Assembly (NCBI GenBank): GCA_964647615.1
Contig: CAZYIV010000009.1
Location: 42 to 64,041 of the forward strand
Reading direction: 5' to 3'
Length of the DNA: 64,000 nt
DNA from: an uncultured Gemmatimonadaceae bacterium
GTDB lineage: Bacteria; Gemmatimonadota; Gemmatimonadetes; Gemmatimonadales; GWC2-71-9
Made by a program: the position numbers and the translations under genes
The notes under the pieces: model-generated
Databases searched by the model: none
The model's input: the letters and a program-made list of their open reading frames with translations, nothing else
Told to the model about the DNA's origin: nothing
Shown: piece by piece, positions 45,018-54,173 of the stretch
How positions within the stretch are numbered: position 1 is the stretch's first letter
How the letters are laid out: every line of letters starts with the position of its first letter

Positions 45018-46304
45018 ATGCTGTTGCTGCGACACCCTCGTGCCCTCCTGCTGGCCGCTGCCAGCGCGTTGTTCCTGGCCGGTTGCAGCAGTGACACGAC
45101 CGACCCGACCGCGGGGGGGGCGCCGGTTCCGGGCACCTCCGCGCTGCGCGGCAGCGCGGCGGACCTCGGCAAGGCCATCTTCTTCGACCAGAACCTCTCG
45201 CTCCGGCGCAACCAGTCGTGCTCCAGCTGCCACGATCCGGCGTGGGGCTTCTCCTCGCCGAACGAGAACATCAACCGGAACGGGTCCGTGATGTTCGGCA
45301 CGATCCGCGACCGGTTCGGCAACCGCAAGCCGCCCAGCGCCGCCTACGCGACGCAGGCGCCGGTGCTGTTCTTCGACCCCGACGACGAGACCTATGTCGG
45401 GGGCAATTTCTGGGACGGCCGGGCGACCGGCGCGCGGCTCGGGGTGCCGGCGGCGGAGCAGGCGCTGGGCCCGTTCGTGAACCCGGTAGAGCAGGGCCTG
45501 CCGGACCGGGCCTGCGCCGTGTACCGCGCCGCCTTCGGCCGCTACCGCGGCCTGTACCGGCAGACCTGGGGCGCGGATGTGGACCGCATCCGCTTCCCCC
45601 TCCACACCGATCAGCTGTGCGAGAAGGAGGGGAGCGTCATCCCGATCCCGCCCGAGGACCGGGCGCGGCTGGACCGGGAGTACGATCACATCGGCCTGTC
45701 GGTGGCGGCGTTCGAGAACTCGGCCGAGGTGAACGGCTTCAGCTCCAAGCATGATGCGGTGCTGGCCGGCAACGCCAGCTTCAGCCCGCTCGAGGCGGAG
45801 GGCTTCGCGCTGTATGTCGGCAAGGCCAACTGTGCCGCCTGCCACCCCAACGACGGGGCCCGGGCGCTGTTCACCGATTACACCTACGACAACATCGGCG
45901 TGCCGGCCAACCCGCGGAACCCCGAGCTGCTCAGGAATCCGTCGTTCCGCGACCTTGGCGTGGGCGGGTTCTTCGGTGAGGCCGGCGAGTACGGCAAGAT
46001 GAAGGTCCCGACGCTGCGCAACCTCGACCGGCGGGGCACGCCAAACGGGGTGAAGAGCTACATGCACAACGGGGCCTTCAAGTCACTGGAACAGGTGGTG
46101 CACTTCTACAATACCCGCGACGTCCTGCCCGACTGTGCGGCGACGCCCTCCCCCCGCTTCGGCGTGAACTGCTGGCCCGCGCCGGAGGTGCTGGAGAACG
46201 TGAACGGCGATGAGCTGGGGAACCTCGGGATGACGCCGCACGAGGAACGGGCGCTGGTGGCCTACCTGCGCACCCTGAGCGACGGCTGGAACCGCACCAA
46301 CTGA
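45018..46304 (+). CDS. Di-haem cytochrome c peroxidase / MauG-family lipoprotein
   Basis: Lipobox ALFLAGC. Haem motifs CSSCH and CAACH. GNFWDGRA and MHNGAFKSLEQVVHFY. Confidence 0.85.
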   Translation: MLLLRHPRALLLAAASALFLAGCSSDTTDPTAGGAPVPGTSALRGSAADLGKAIFFDQNLSLRRNQSCSSCHDPAWGFSSPNENINRNGSVMFGTIRDRFGNRKPPSAAYATQAPVLFFDPDDETYVGGNFWDGRATGARLGVPAAEQALGPFVNPVEQGLPDRACAVYRAAFGRYRGLYRQTWGADVDRIRFPLHTDQLCEKEGSVIPIPPEDRARLDREYDHIGLSVAAFENSAEVNGFSSKHDAVLAGNASFSPLEAEGFALYVGKANCAACHPNDGARALFTDYTYDNIGVPANPRNPELLRNPSFRDLGVGGFFGEAGEYGKMKVPTLRNLDRRGTPNGVKSYMHNGAFKSLEQVVHFYNTRDVLPDCAATPSPRFGVNCWPAPEVLENVNGDELGNLGMTPHEERALVAYLRTLSDGWNRTN

Positions 46305-46312
46305 GGCGGGGC

Positions 46313-46341
46313 CGGCGGCCCTCCCGCGGGAGGGGCCGCCG
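46313..46341. terminator. Hairpin between the convergent peroxidase and aguB genes
   Basis: CGGCGGCCCTCCCG pairs with CGGGAGGGGCCGCCG (one bulged base), centred on cccgcggg. Confidence 0.45.
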
Positions 46342-46352
46342 GGACGGGGAGG

Positions 46353-47240
46353 TCAGTCGATGTAGCGCCGGGTGAGGTCGCCGTAGGACTCCACCCGGCG
46401 GTCCCGGAGGAAGGGCCAGTGGGTCCGCGCGAAGTCCACCTTCCGCGTGTCCACCGGCACCACGAGGATCTCCTCGTCCGCGCCGGCCCGGGCGAGGATC
46501 TCGCCGTTGGGCGCGCAGACGAAGCTCCCGCCCCAGAACTCGATCCCCTCGTTGGGACCGGGCTCGCGCCCCACCCGGTTCACCGCCGCCACATACACTC
46601 CGTTGGCGATGGCGTGGCTGCGCTGGATGGTCTCCCAGGAGGCCTGCTGCGCCGCGCCGTACTCCGCCTTCTCCGGCACCAACCACCCGATGGCCGTCGG
46701 ATAGAACAGGAACTGGGCCCCGGTCAGCGCGGTCAGCCGGGCCGCCTCGGGGTACCACTGGTCCCAGCAGATGAGCACGCCCGCCTTGCCGAAGCGCGTG
46801 TCCCAGGAGCGGTAGCCCAGGTCGCCCGGGGTGAAGTAGAACTTCTCGTAGAAGTGCGGGTCGTCGGGGATGTGCATCTTGCGGTACTTGCCGAGGTAGC
46901 TGCCATCGGCGTCCAGCACCGCGGTGGTGTTGTGGTAGAGCCCCTCCGCCCGCTTCTCGAACAGGGAGGCGATGATCACCACCCCGAGTTCGCGCGCCAG
47001 GGACCCCAGTTGGTCGGTGCTCGGGCCGGGGATCGGCTCGGCCAGCTGGAAGAACTGGTGGTCCTCGGTCTGGCAGAAGTAGTAGCTGCGGAACAGTTCC
47101 GGGAGGCAGATCACCTGGGCGCCGCGGGCGGCGGCCTCGCGGACCCGGGCCACGGCGGTGGCGAAGTTCTGCGCCGGATCGGCCGTCATCCGCATCTGGA
47201 CCAGGCCGAGGGTGACCTGGGAGGGGAGGGGAGTGGTCAT
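46353..47240 (-). CDS. aguB: N-carbamoylputrescine amidase (nitrilase superfamily)
   Basis: VICLPELF, YRKMHIPDDPHFYEKFYFTPGD, VLICWDQWYPEAAR (catalytic Cys), FYPTAIGW. The ATG at 47240 was chosen. Confidence 0.9.
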   Translation of the reverse strand: MTTPLPSQVTLGLVQMRMTADPAQNFATAVARVREAAARGAQVICLPELFRSYYFCQTEDHQFFQLAEPIPGPSTDQLGSLARELGVVIIASLFEKRAEGLYHNTTAVLDADGSYLGKYRKMHIPDDPHFYEKFYFTPGDLGYRSWDTRFGKAGVLICWDQWYPEAARLTALTGAQFLFYPTAIGWLVPEKAEYGAAQQASWETIQRSHAIANGVYVAAVNRVGREPGPNEGIEFWGGSFVCAPNGEILARAGADEEILVVPVDTRKVDFARTHWPFLRDRRVESYGDLTRRYID

Positions 47241-47336
47241 GGCGGGGTAAGATAGGCCCGCCAACCCTGAAGGGGAGCCCCGCCGCCGGCTCGGGGCCCG
47301 GCGCCGCCCCGCACCTGAAGCGCTCTTCATGCGCGA

Positions 47337-48953
47337 ATGACGCGCTGGACGCAATATGGAGTGGGTGGCGGGGCGAGCGGCCCCGTCCTCCTCCCATCCA
47401 TCGACGCCTGGACGCCCCGCGACGTGATCCCTCATCCGCCGTTTGCCAGCCAATTGACCCTCGAGGAGGAGCTGGCCCGTTTCGAGCGGCTGAAGCCACG
47501 CCTGCGGGACGTGTGGCAACTGCTGGCGGCGGATGACGACGCGCCGTGCACCACGGTGGTGGTGCCCTCCCTCACCCTCGACCAGCGGGAACTCACCCAG
47601 CTGGAGGGCGCCCCGTACTACGAGGAGCGGCTGCTCTTCCTGCTGATCCGGCTGCGCAATCCGCGCTCCCACGTGGTGTACGTGACCTCGCAGCCGGTGC
47701 ACCCGCTCATCCTCGACTACCTGCTCAACCTGATGCTCGGCGTGCCGGCCAGCCATGCGCGCAACCGGCTCACGATGCTCTGCGCCTACGACGCCTCCCC
47801 CCGGTCGCTCACCGAGAAGATCCTGGAGCGGCCCCGGCTCATCGAGCGCATCCGCTGCGCCATTCCTGATCCCGCCCGGGCCTACCTCTCGGTGTTCACC
47901 GCCACCCCGCTGGAGCGGAAGCTCGCGGTGCTGCTCGGGATCCCGCTCAACGGGGCGGACCCGGCACTGGCGCCGCTCGGCAGCAAGTCGGGGAACCGCC
48001 GGGTCTTCCGGGAGGCGGGCCTGGCGTTCCCCGACGGGTTCGAGGACCTGCGGCACGAGCGCGACGTGCTCGACGCGCTGGAGGCGCTGCGCGGCCGGCG
48101 GCCGGAGCTGCGCCGGGCGGTGATCAAGCTCAACGAGGGGTTCTCCGGCAGCGGCAACGCCGTCTTCCGCTATCCGATCGCCACCGACCGGCCCGCGCTG
48201 GAGCGGGCCTTCCGCCGGGTGAACTTCGTGGGGCCGGGGGAGCGGCGGGAGCGGTACTTCGCGAAGTTCCGCGAGATGGGGGGCGTGGTCGAGGAGTTCA
48301 TCGAGGGCGGCGAGGTGCGCTCGCCGAGCGCGCAGCTCCGCACCGGCCCCGACGGCGAGGTCCTGTCGCTCTCCACCCACGACCAGATCCTCGACGACGG
48401 GTCGGGCCAGATCTTCCTCGGCTGCCGGTTCCCGGCAGATGATGGCTACCGGATGGCGGTGCAGGAGGCGGGCGAACGGGTGGGCCGGGTGCTCGCCGTG
48501 CACGGTGTCGTGAGCCGCTACGGGGTGGATTTCATCGCCCGGCGGCGCGAGCCCGGGGCGCCGTGGGAGGTCTACGCCATCGAGATCAACCTGCGCCTCG
48601 GCGGGACCACCCACCCGTTCCTGGCGCTGCGGTTCCTGTGTGGCGGCGCCCTCGATCCGGCGACCGGTCTGTACCGCTCCGAGAGCGGCCGGATGAAGTG
48701 CTACCGGGCGACCGACAACCTGCACGCGCGGCGGTACCACGGCCTGCTGCCGGAGGACCTGATCGAGATCGTCACGATCAACCAGCTCAACTTCAGCCAT
48801 CGTACCGAGACCGGGGTGCTGTTCCACATGATCGGGGCGTTGTCGCAGTTCGGGAAGCTGGGGCTCACCGCCATCGGGAGCAGCCACGAGGAAGCGGACG
48901 AGCTGTACCAGCGCACCCTCTCGGTGCTGCACGCGGAGACCCGCTACGGCTGA
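47337..48953 (+). CDS. ATP-grasp-fold ligase-like protein (peptide ligase PGM1-related, pre-ATP-grasp plus ATP-grasp suspected)
   Basis: TTVVVPSLTLDQREL, YEERLLFLLIRLRNPRSHVVYVTSQP, AVIKLNEGFSGSGN, YAIEINLRLGGTTHPF. Family assignment is from memory only. Confidence 0.5.
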   Translation: MTRWTQYGVGGGASGPVLLPSIDAWTPRDVIPHPPFASQLTLEEELARFERLKPRLRDVWQLLAADDDAPCTTVVVPSLTLDQRELTQLEGAPYYEERLLFLLIRLRNPRSHVVYVTSQPVHPLILDYLLNLMLGVPASHARNRLTMLCAYDASPRSLTEKILERPRLIERIRCAIPDPARAYLSVFTATPLERKLAVLLGIPLNGADPALAPLGSKSGNRRVFREAGLAFPDGFEDLRHERDVLDALEALRGRRPELRRAVIKLNEGFSGSGNAVFRYPIATDRPALERAFRRVNFVGPGERRERYFAKFREMGGVVEEFIEGGEVRSPSAQLRTGPDGEVLSLSTHDQILDDGSGQIFLGCRFPADDGYRMAVQEAGERVGRVLAVHGVVSRYGVDFIARRREPGAPWEVYAIEINLRLGGTTHPFLALRFLCGGALDPATGLYRSESGRMKCYRATDNLHARRYHGLLPEDLIEIVTINQLNFSHRTETGVLFHMIGALSQFGKLGLTAIGSSHEEADELYQRTLSVLHAETRYG

Positions 48954-48968
48954 GCGGGCCGCGCGCGC

Positions 48969-50915
48969 TCAGCGCGGGCCCGGGACGAGCTCCAGGCGGG
49001 CGGTGCCGGCGCCGGCGGGCCAGCCGAGGCAGGCCGCCTGGCCCTGCCGGGTGTGGTCGAGGTCCTTCTCCGACTTGGCCACCGTCACGATCGGGTAGTC
49101 CCACACCGTCGCCGCCGGCTCGGCGGTGATCTCCATCGGGCCGGCGTAGCTCACCTCCACCGAGAAGGCCCCCTCGGGGCCCACCACGGCGGGGTGCCAG
49201 CGGTACTCCGCCACGAGCCCGCCCCCCTGGCGGAAGCGGTAGGTCTTCTCGAACACCGGCACGCCCGCCTCCACCGCGCGGAAGGTCACCGCCACCTGGC
49301 CGGGGCCGTCGGGGGCGACCTCCATCTGGAGCGGCAGCCCCGCGACGGTCCACGTGGGATCGTAGTCGCCCCGCTCGAACATCCCCCGGTCCAGCTGCAG
49401 GTCGAGGCCGCGCTCGCGCAGCAGCGCGCGCGGTTCGGGGTCCACCGGCGGCAGCTCGTTCCGCCGCATGCTGGGCTCCTGGGTGTCCACGGCGGGGGTG
49501 CCGGTCTCGACGTGGTGGCTCACCCGCGCCCCGCCTTCGGCCGCGGGCTCGTGATAGGCCTCGCGGCGGCGGGTGAGGGTGTTGGCGTAGTTGATCCGGT
49601 AGGGGAAGACGGTGTACTCCTCGATCACCCCGCCGCGCGCCGGGCTCAACAGGGCGGAGAAGGTGGCGTCGTGCAGCCACAGCTCGTCGTGCCCGTCGGC
49701 GTCCAGGTCGAGGACCTCCCAGGCCAGGCCCTCACCGGCCCGCAGCTCTTCCTCCGCGGCGGCCAGCTCGGCCCACAGCGCGTCGCGCAGGTGGGGCAGG
49801 TAGAGCCCGCCGAAGACCCCGTGCCAGTAGGCGTCGTTGCACTGCGCCCGGCCGATCGCGCGCCGCGCGGCGGGCGGGTCGCCGGCGGCCCGGCACAGCC
49901 GGGACAGGGTGCACATCTTCTTGTGCATCCGGTTGGCCTCGGGGTACTTCACCAGGAAGTGGCGCCAGTGGCCGCCCCGGACCAGCGCCCCGTCCGGCCC
50001 GGCGAGGCGCTCCTCGCCCAGCTCCCGCTCCAGCGCATGCAGCCGGCGGGCCGCCGGCGCCGGGAGGGCCCAGCCCTCCATCTCCCGGTAGGAGGCGGTG
50101 GGCAGGTAGGCCAGCCCGCCCGGGGGCACCGCCCGCCGCGCCTCCGCCAGGGTGGTGAGCAGCACCTCGCCGCCGTCGATCAGCGCCGAGAGCGTGGTGA
50201 GGAACTCGTCCAGCCAGCCGCGCTGGTACACCCACTCGTGGGTGCCGGGCCAGCCGCCGAACTTCTCGCCGTCGTCGGCGAAGACCGCGAGCGGCTGCCC
50301 CCGCGCGGCGAGGTTGCGGAGGTGCTCCGCGGTCTCCGCCGGGGGGCGGAAGGGGATCTGGTAGCGCAGCCGCTCGTCGATCGGGAAGAGAGTGAGCCGG
50401 CGGCCGTCGTGTTCCGTCTGCCAGGGGACGTGCAGCTCCTCGCGGCGGAAGCCGGAGGCGAGGAAGTGCCGGTCGTCCACCAGCGCGAAGGTGATCCCGG
50501 CGTCGGCCAGGTCGCCGGCGAGGTCCGGTTCCCACACCCGTTCGGTGAGCCACAGCCCCTCGGCGTTCACCCCGAAGCGATGGGCGATCGCCTCCCGGAG
50601 CCACGCCACCTGCTCCACCCGGTCGGCGCGGGGGAGCGCGGCCAGCACCGGCTCGTACATCCCGGCGGCGAGCAGTTCCACCTTGCCGTCCGTGGCCAGC
50701 CGGCCGAGCCGGTCGAGGTACTCGTGGTCGTGCCGGTCGAGCCACTCCAGCAGCGGGCCCGACAGGTGCAGGGTCACCGGGAGGAAGCCGCGCTCGTCGA
50801 CCTTCTCGAGCAGGGGGCGATAGACGTCGCGCAGGTGCTGCTCGAAGACCGAGTCGAAGTTGCCCACCGGCTGGTGCAGGTGGACGCCGAAGACGAACCG
50901 GATGGGCTGGGGCAT
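48969..50915 (-). CDS. GH57-family alpha-amylase/4-alpha-glucanotransferase-like protein
   Basis: FVFGVHLHQPVGNF, LHLSGPLLEWL, WLTERVWEP. The length is typical of GH57 proteins with DUF1925/1926-type C-terminal regions. Confidence 0.8.
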   Translation of the reverse strand: MPQPIRFVFGVHLHQPVGNFDSVFEQHLRDVYRPLLEKVDERGFLPVTLHLSGPLLEWLDRHDHEYLDRLGRLATDGKVELLAAGMYEPVLAALPRADRVEQVAWLREAIAHRFGVNAEGLWLTERVWEPDLAGDLADAGITFALVDDRHFLASGFRREELHVPWQTEHDGRRLTLFPIDERLRYQIPFRPPAETAEHLRNLAARGQPLAVFADDGEKFGGWPGTHEWVYQRGWLDEFLTTLSALIDGGEVLLTTLAEARRAVPPGGLAYLPTASYREMEGWALPAPAARRLHALERELGEERLAGPDGALVRGGHWRHFLVKYPEANRMHKKMCTLSRLCRAAGDPPAARRAIGRAQCNDAYWHGVFGGLYLPHLRDALWAELAAAEEELRAGEGLAWEVLDLDADGHDELWLHDATFSALLSPARGGVIEEYTVFPYRINYANTLTRRREAYHEPAAEGGARVSHHVETGTPAVDTQEPSMRRNELPPVDPEPRALLRERGLDLQLDRGMFERGDYDPTWTVAGLPLQMEVAPDGPGQVAVTFRAVEAGVPVFEKTYRFRQGGGLVAEYRWHPAVVGPEGAFSVEVSYAGPMEITAEPAATVWDYPIVTVAKSEKDLDHTRQGQAACLGWPAGAGTARLELVPGPR

Positions 50916-50994
50916 GCTCGTAACCTAGGCCGGTGCCCCGGGGAGGAAAGGCCCGCGTTGAGCCGGGCCGCGGCGCTGGCTATCGTTCCCGCGC

Positions 50995-53280
50995 GTGGAT
51001 GCCGGCCCCGCCCGCCACGCCTCCGCTCCCGCACTCCTCCCCGAGGCCCGCGTGTTCTCCTCCCTTGTGACGCTGCTGGCCATCCCGGCCCTGCTCCATG
51101 CCCCGCCGGTGGCCCGCCCCGCCGCCCCGCCCGACCTCACGGCGGCGCGGGCGCTGGTGGAGCGAGTGGTACCGGGGCGGAGCCGGGACTTCGTCCTCGA
51201 ACCGCTGGCGGCGTCGGACGGGCACGACGCCTTCGAGGTCGAGAGCCGGGGCCGGCAGGTCGTCCTGCGGGGGACCAGCGGGGTGGCGCTGGCCTCGGCG
51301 CTTGACTGGTACCTGGAGCAGGTGGCGCGGGTGCTGGTGGACCTGCCGCTCCGGCCGATCCGGCTCCCGGCGCGGCTGCCGGCCGTCCCGGCGCCGCACC
51401 GCGCCGAGTCGCCGTATGCGCTGCGGTACTTCTTCAACTACTGCACCTTCTCCTACAGCATGGCGTGGTGGGACTGGGCCGACTGGGAGAAGATGATCGA
51501 CTGGATGGCGCTCAAGGGGATCAACATGCCCCTGGCCGCCACCGGGCAGGAGGGCACCTGGCGGCTGGTGCTGCGCGACCTCGGCTTCAGCGACGCGCAG
51601 ATCGGCGACTTCCTGGTGGGGCCGGCCTACCTGCCGTGGGGCTGGATGGGGAATATCGACGGGCTGGGCGGTCCGCTCCCCGCCAGCTGGATCGACGGCC
51701 ACGTGGGGCTGGAGCGGCAGATCCTCGCCCGGGAGCGCGCCCTGGGGATGACCCCGGTGCTCCAGGGCTTCACCGGGCACGTCCCGGCCTCGATCACCGA
51801 GGTCTTCCCTGGCGCCAGGATCCACCAGACCGGCGACTGGTCCGCCGGCTTCTCCGGCACCTGGTTCCTCGACCCGCTCGATCCGCTGTTCCAGCGCATC
51901 GGGCGGCGGTTCATCGAGCGCCAGGCGGAGCTCTACGGGACCGACCACTACTACGCCGCCGACAGCTTCAACGAGATCGACCCGCCCTCGAACGATTCCA
52001 GCTTCCTCGCGGGCATGGGGCAGGCCGTCTACTCGGCGATGCACGCGGCCGACAGCTCCGCCATCTGGGTGCTGCAGGGCTGGTTCCTCTACTACCAGGC
52101 GAAGTTCTGGCAGGAGCCGCAGGCGCGCGCGCTGCTCGGCGCGGTCCCCGACGACCGGATGGTGGTGCTGGACCTCTGGGGGGACCGGCACCCGGTCTGG
52201 GCCCGGCGGCAGGCGTTCTATGGCAAGCCGTGGATCTGGAACGTGCTGTACAACTTCGGCGGCAAGGTCACGCTGAACGGGGACCTGCCGACCATCGCCG
52301 CCAACCTCGACACCATGCTCCGCAGCCCGGCGCACGGGAAGCTGCGCGGTCTCGGCATGATGATGGAGGGCCTCGGCACCAACCCCATCGTGCCCGACTT
52401 CGTGATGGACATGACCTGGCGGCGCGAGGTGCCCGCCCTGGACGCGTGGGCGGCCGATTACGTGACCCGCCGCTACGGCGTCGACGTGCCGGCCGCTCGC
52501 GCCGCCTGGCGCATTCTCCTCGCCACGGCGTACCGGTCCCCGGCGCAGACCGGCACCTTCCTGGCCGAGCGGCCGGGATTCTACCGGCGGGGGGTCGCCT
52601 ACCGGAGCGAGCCCAACCCGCCGTATGACACCCGCCAACTGGCCGTGGCGCTGGACTCGCTGCTCGCGGCCGCCCCCCAGCTGGGGGCGCGGGACGCCTA
52701 CCGCTACGACGTGGTAAACCTGACCCGCCAGCTGCTGGGCCAGCTGGGCCTGCCGCTGGTCGGCGCGGTGGAGGCGGCGGCTGCCGGGCGCGACCCCGCC
52801 GCGCTCCGCACGGCGGAGGCCGCGGTCGAGGGCCTGCTGCAGGACCTGGACGACCTGGTCGGCACCCGGGAGGAGTTCCTGCTCGGGAGGTGGCTGCAGT
52901 CGGCCACGCGCTGGGGCACCACCGGGGAGGAGCGGGCGCTGTACGAGTGGAACGCCCGGAACCTGATCACCCTCTGGGGCCGGAAGTGCACCGAGGGGGA
53001 GAATGACGACCTGAATCTCTACGCCTTCAAGGAGTGGCAGGGGATGTTCCGGGGCTACTTCCTGGCCCGGTGGAAGGCGTTCTTCGCGGCGCTCAACCGG
53101 GCGGTGGCCCGGGGCGAATCCTTCGACCGCGCCCCGGTGGCCGCCGCGTCCTGCGAGTGGGAGCAGGCCTGGTCCATGGGCCATGAGGCATACCGGACCA
53201 CCCCGGTGGGAGACCCAGTCGCCCTCGCGCGGCGGTTCCGGGAGCGGTACCGGGGCGCCATCGACCGGCTGGGCTCCTAG
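50995..53280 (+). CDS. Alpha-N-acetylglucosaminidase (GH89, NAGLU-like), secreted
   Basis: YFFNYCTFSYSMAWWDWADWEKMIDWMALKGINMPLA, GPAYLPWGWMGN, TPVLQGFTGHVP, YAADSFNE, WVLQGW. The start is either GTG 50995 or GTG 51052 (signal peptide VFSSLVTLLAIPALLHA). Confidence 0.85.
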   Translation: MDAGPARHASAPALLPEARVFSSLVTLLAIPALLHAPPVARPAAPPDLTAARALVERVVPGRSRDFVLEPLAASDGHDAFEVESRGRQVVLRGTSGVALASALDWYLEQVARVLVDLPLRPIRLPARLPAVPAPHRAESPYALRYFFNYCTFSYSMAWWDWADWEKMIDWMALKGINMPLAATGQEGTWRLVLRDLGFSDAQIGDFLVGPAYLPWGWMGNIDGLGGPLPASWIDGHVGLERQILARERALGMTPVLQGFTGHVPASITEVFPGARIHQTGDWSAGFSGTWFLDPLDPLFQRIGRRFIERQAELYGTDHYYAADSFNEIDPPSNDSSFLAGMGQAVYSAMHAADSSAIWVLQGWFLYYQAKFWQEPQARALLGAVPDDRMVVLDLWGDRHPVWARRQAFYGKPWIWNVLYNFGGKVTLNGDLPTIAANLDTMLRSPAHGKLRGLGMMMEGLGTNPIVPDFVMDMTWRREVPALDAWAADYVTRRYGVDVPAARAAWRILLATAYRSPAQTGTFLAERPGFYRRGVAYRSEPNPPYDTRQLAVALDSLLAAAPQLGARDAYRYDVVNLTRQLLGQLGLPLVGAVEAAAAGRDPAALRTAEAAVEGLLQDLDDLVGTREEFLLGRWLQSATRWGTTGEERALYEWNARNLITLWGRKCTEGENDDLNLYAFKEWQGMFRGYFLARWKAFFAALNRAVARGESFDRAPVAAASCEWEQAWSMGHEAYRTTPVGDPVALARRFRERYRGAIDRLGS

Positions 53281-53404
53281 CCCCCCCGGGCGGGGCGCTC
53301 CGGGACGGGGCATGGAGGAATCCCCGATTTGGGGTAGATTCTGCCCGGGCTGCCCGCCCCTCCCGGCCTCGCCGGATCCCGTTTCCCCTCTTGCTCCGTC
53401 CGCC

Positions 53405-54124
53405 ATGCACTTCGAGACCGTAGGCTGGCACAGCCCCCTGCTGGGCCGCGAGATGACCCTGCAGGTGATCGGCCATGCCGGCGCCCGCGTCCTCGTGTTC
53501 CCCACCAGCATGGGGACCTGGCGCGAGTGGCCCGACCGCCACATGCACGAGGTCCTGGCCGACCACCTGGAGCAGGGCTGGATCCAGCTCTTCTGCCTCG
53601 ACCAGCCGCACAACGAGAACTGGGGCAACGAGGCCTGCGACGCCGGGCACCGTGCCTGGACCCACCTCCAGTACTATCGCTACGCCGCCGAGGAGGTGCT
53701 GCCGTTCTCCTCGTGGCGCAACCCCAATCCGTTCGTGATCACCACCGGCGCCAGCCTGGGCGCCAGCCACGCCATGGCCTTCGGGCTCAAGTACCCGGAG
53801 GCGGTGCGCCGGATCGTGGGGCTGAGCGGGCTGTACGACCTCACCCGGATGACCGGCGGCCATACCGACGACAACATGTACCAGGTCAACCCGATGCAGT
53901 TCATGGTGCATGAACACGACCCGGGGCGCCTCGAGGCCTTCCGCCGGCAGGACATCATCATCGCGATCGGCCGCGACGACCCGATGTTCCAGAACAACAG
54001 CGACTTCTCCGGCCTGCTGTGGCAGAAGGGGATCGGCAATGCGCTGCGGGTCTGGGACGGCTGGGCCCACGACTGGCCCTACTGGGAACAGATGATCCGG
54101 ATCTACCTCCGGGGACACGACTGA
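53405..54124 (+). CDS. Esterase-family alpha/beta hydrolase
   Basis: VLVFPTSMG and GASLGASHAMAFGLKYPE (GxSxG nucleophile elbow). 239 aa from the ATG at 53405. Confidence 0.65.
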   Translation: MHFETVGWHSPLLGREMTLQVIGHAGARVLVFPTSMGTWREWPDRHMHEVLADHLEQGWIQLFCLDQPHNENWGNEACDAGHRAWTHLQYYRYAAEEVLPFSSWRNPNPFVITTGASLGASHAMAFGLKYPEAVRRIVGLSGLYDLTRMTGGHTDDNMYQVNPMQFMVHEHDPGRLEAFRRQDIIIAIGRDDPMFQNNSDFSGLLWQKGIGNALRVWDGWAHDWPYWEQMIRIYLRGHD

Positions 54125-54173
54125 CCGCCGCCCCCGTGGGCGCGCGCTACCCGAGCCTGGACGACAGACTGCC

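Noticed and set aside
53281-53404. Small imperfect hairpin GAATCCCC-gatt-tGGGGtaGATTC upstream of the esterase gene as a riboswitch or attenuator
   Set aside because: The stem is short and imperfect, I recognised no conserved riboswitch core, and it is indistinguishable from chance structure.
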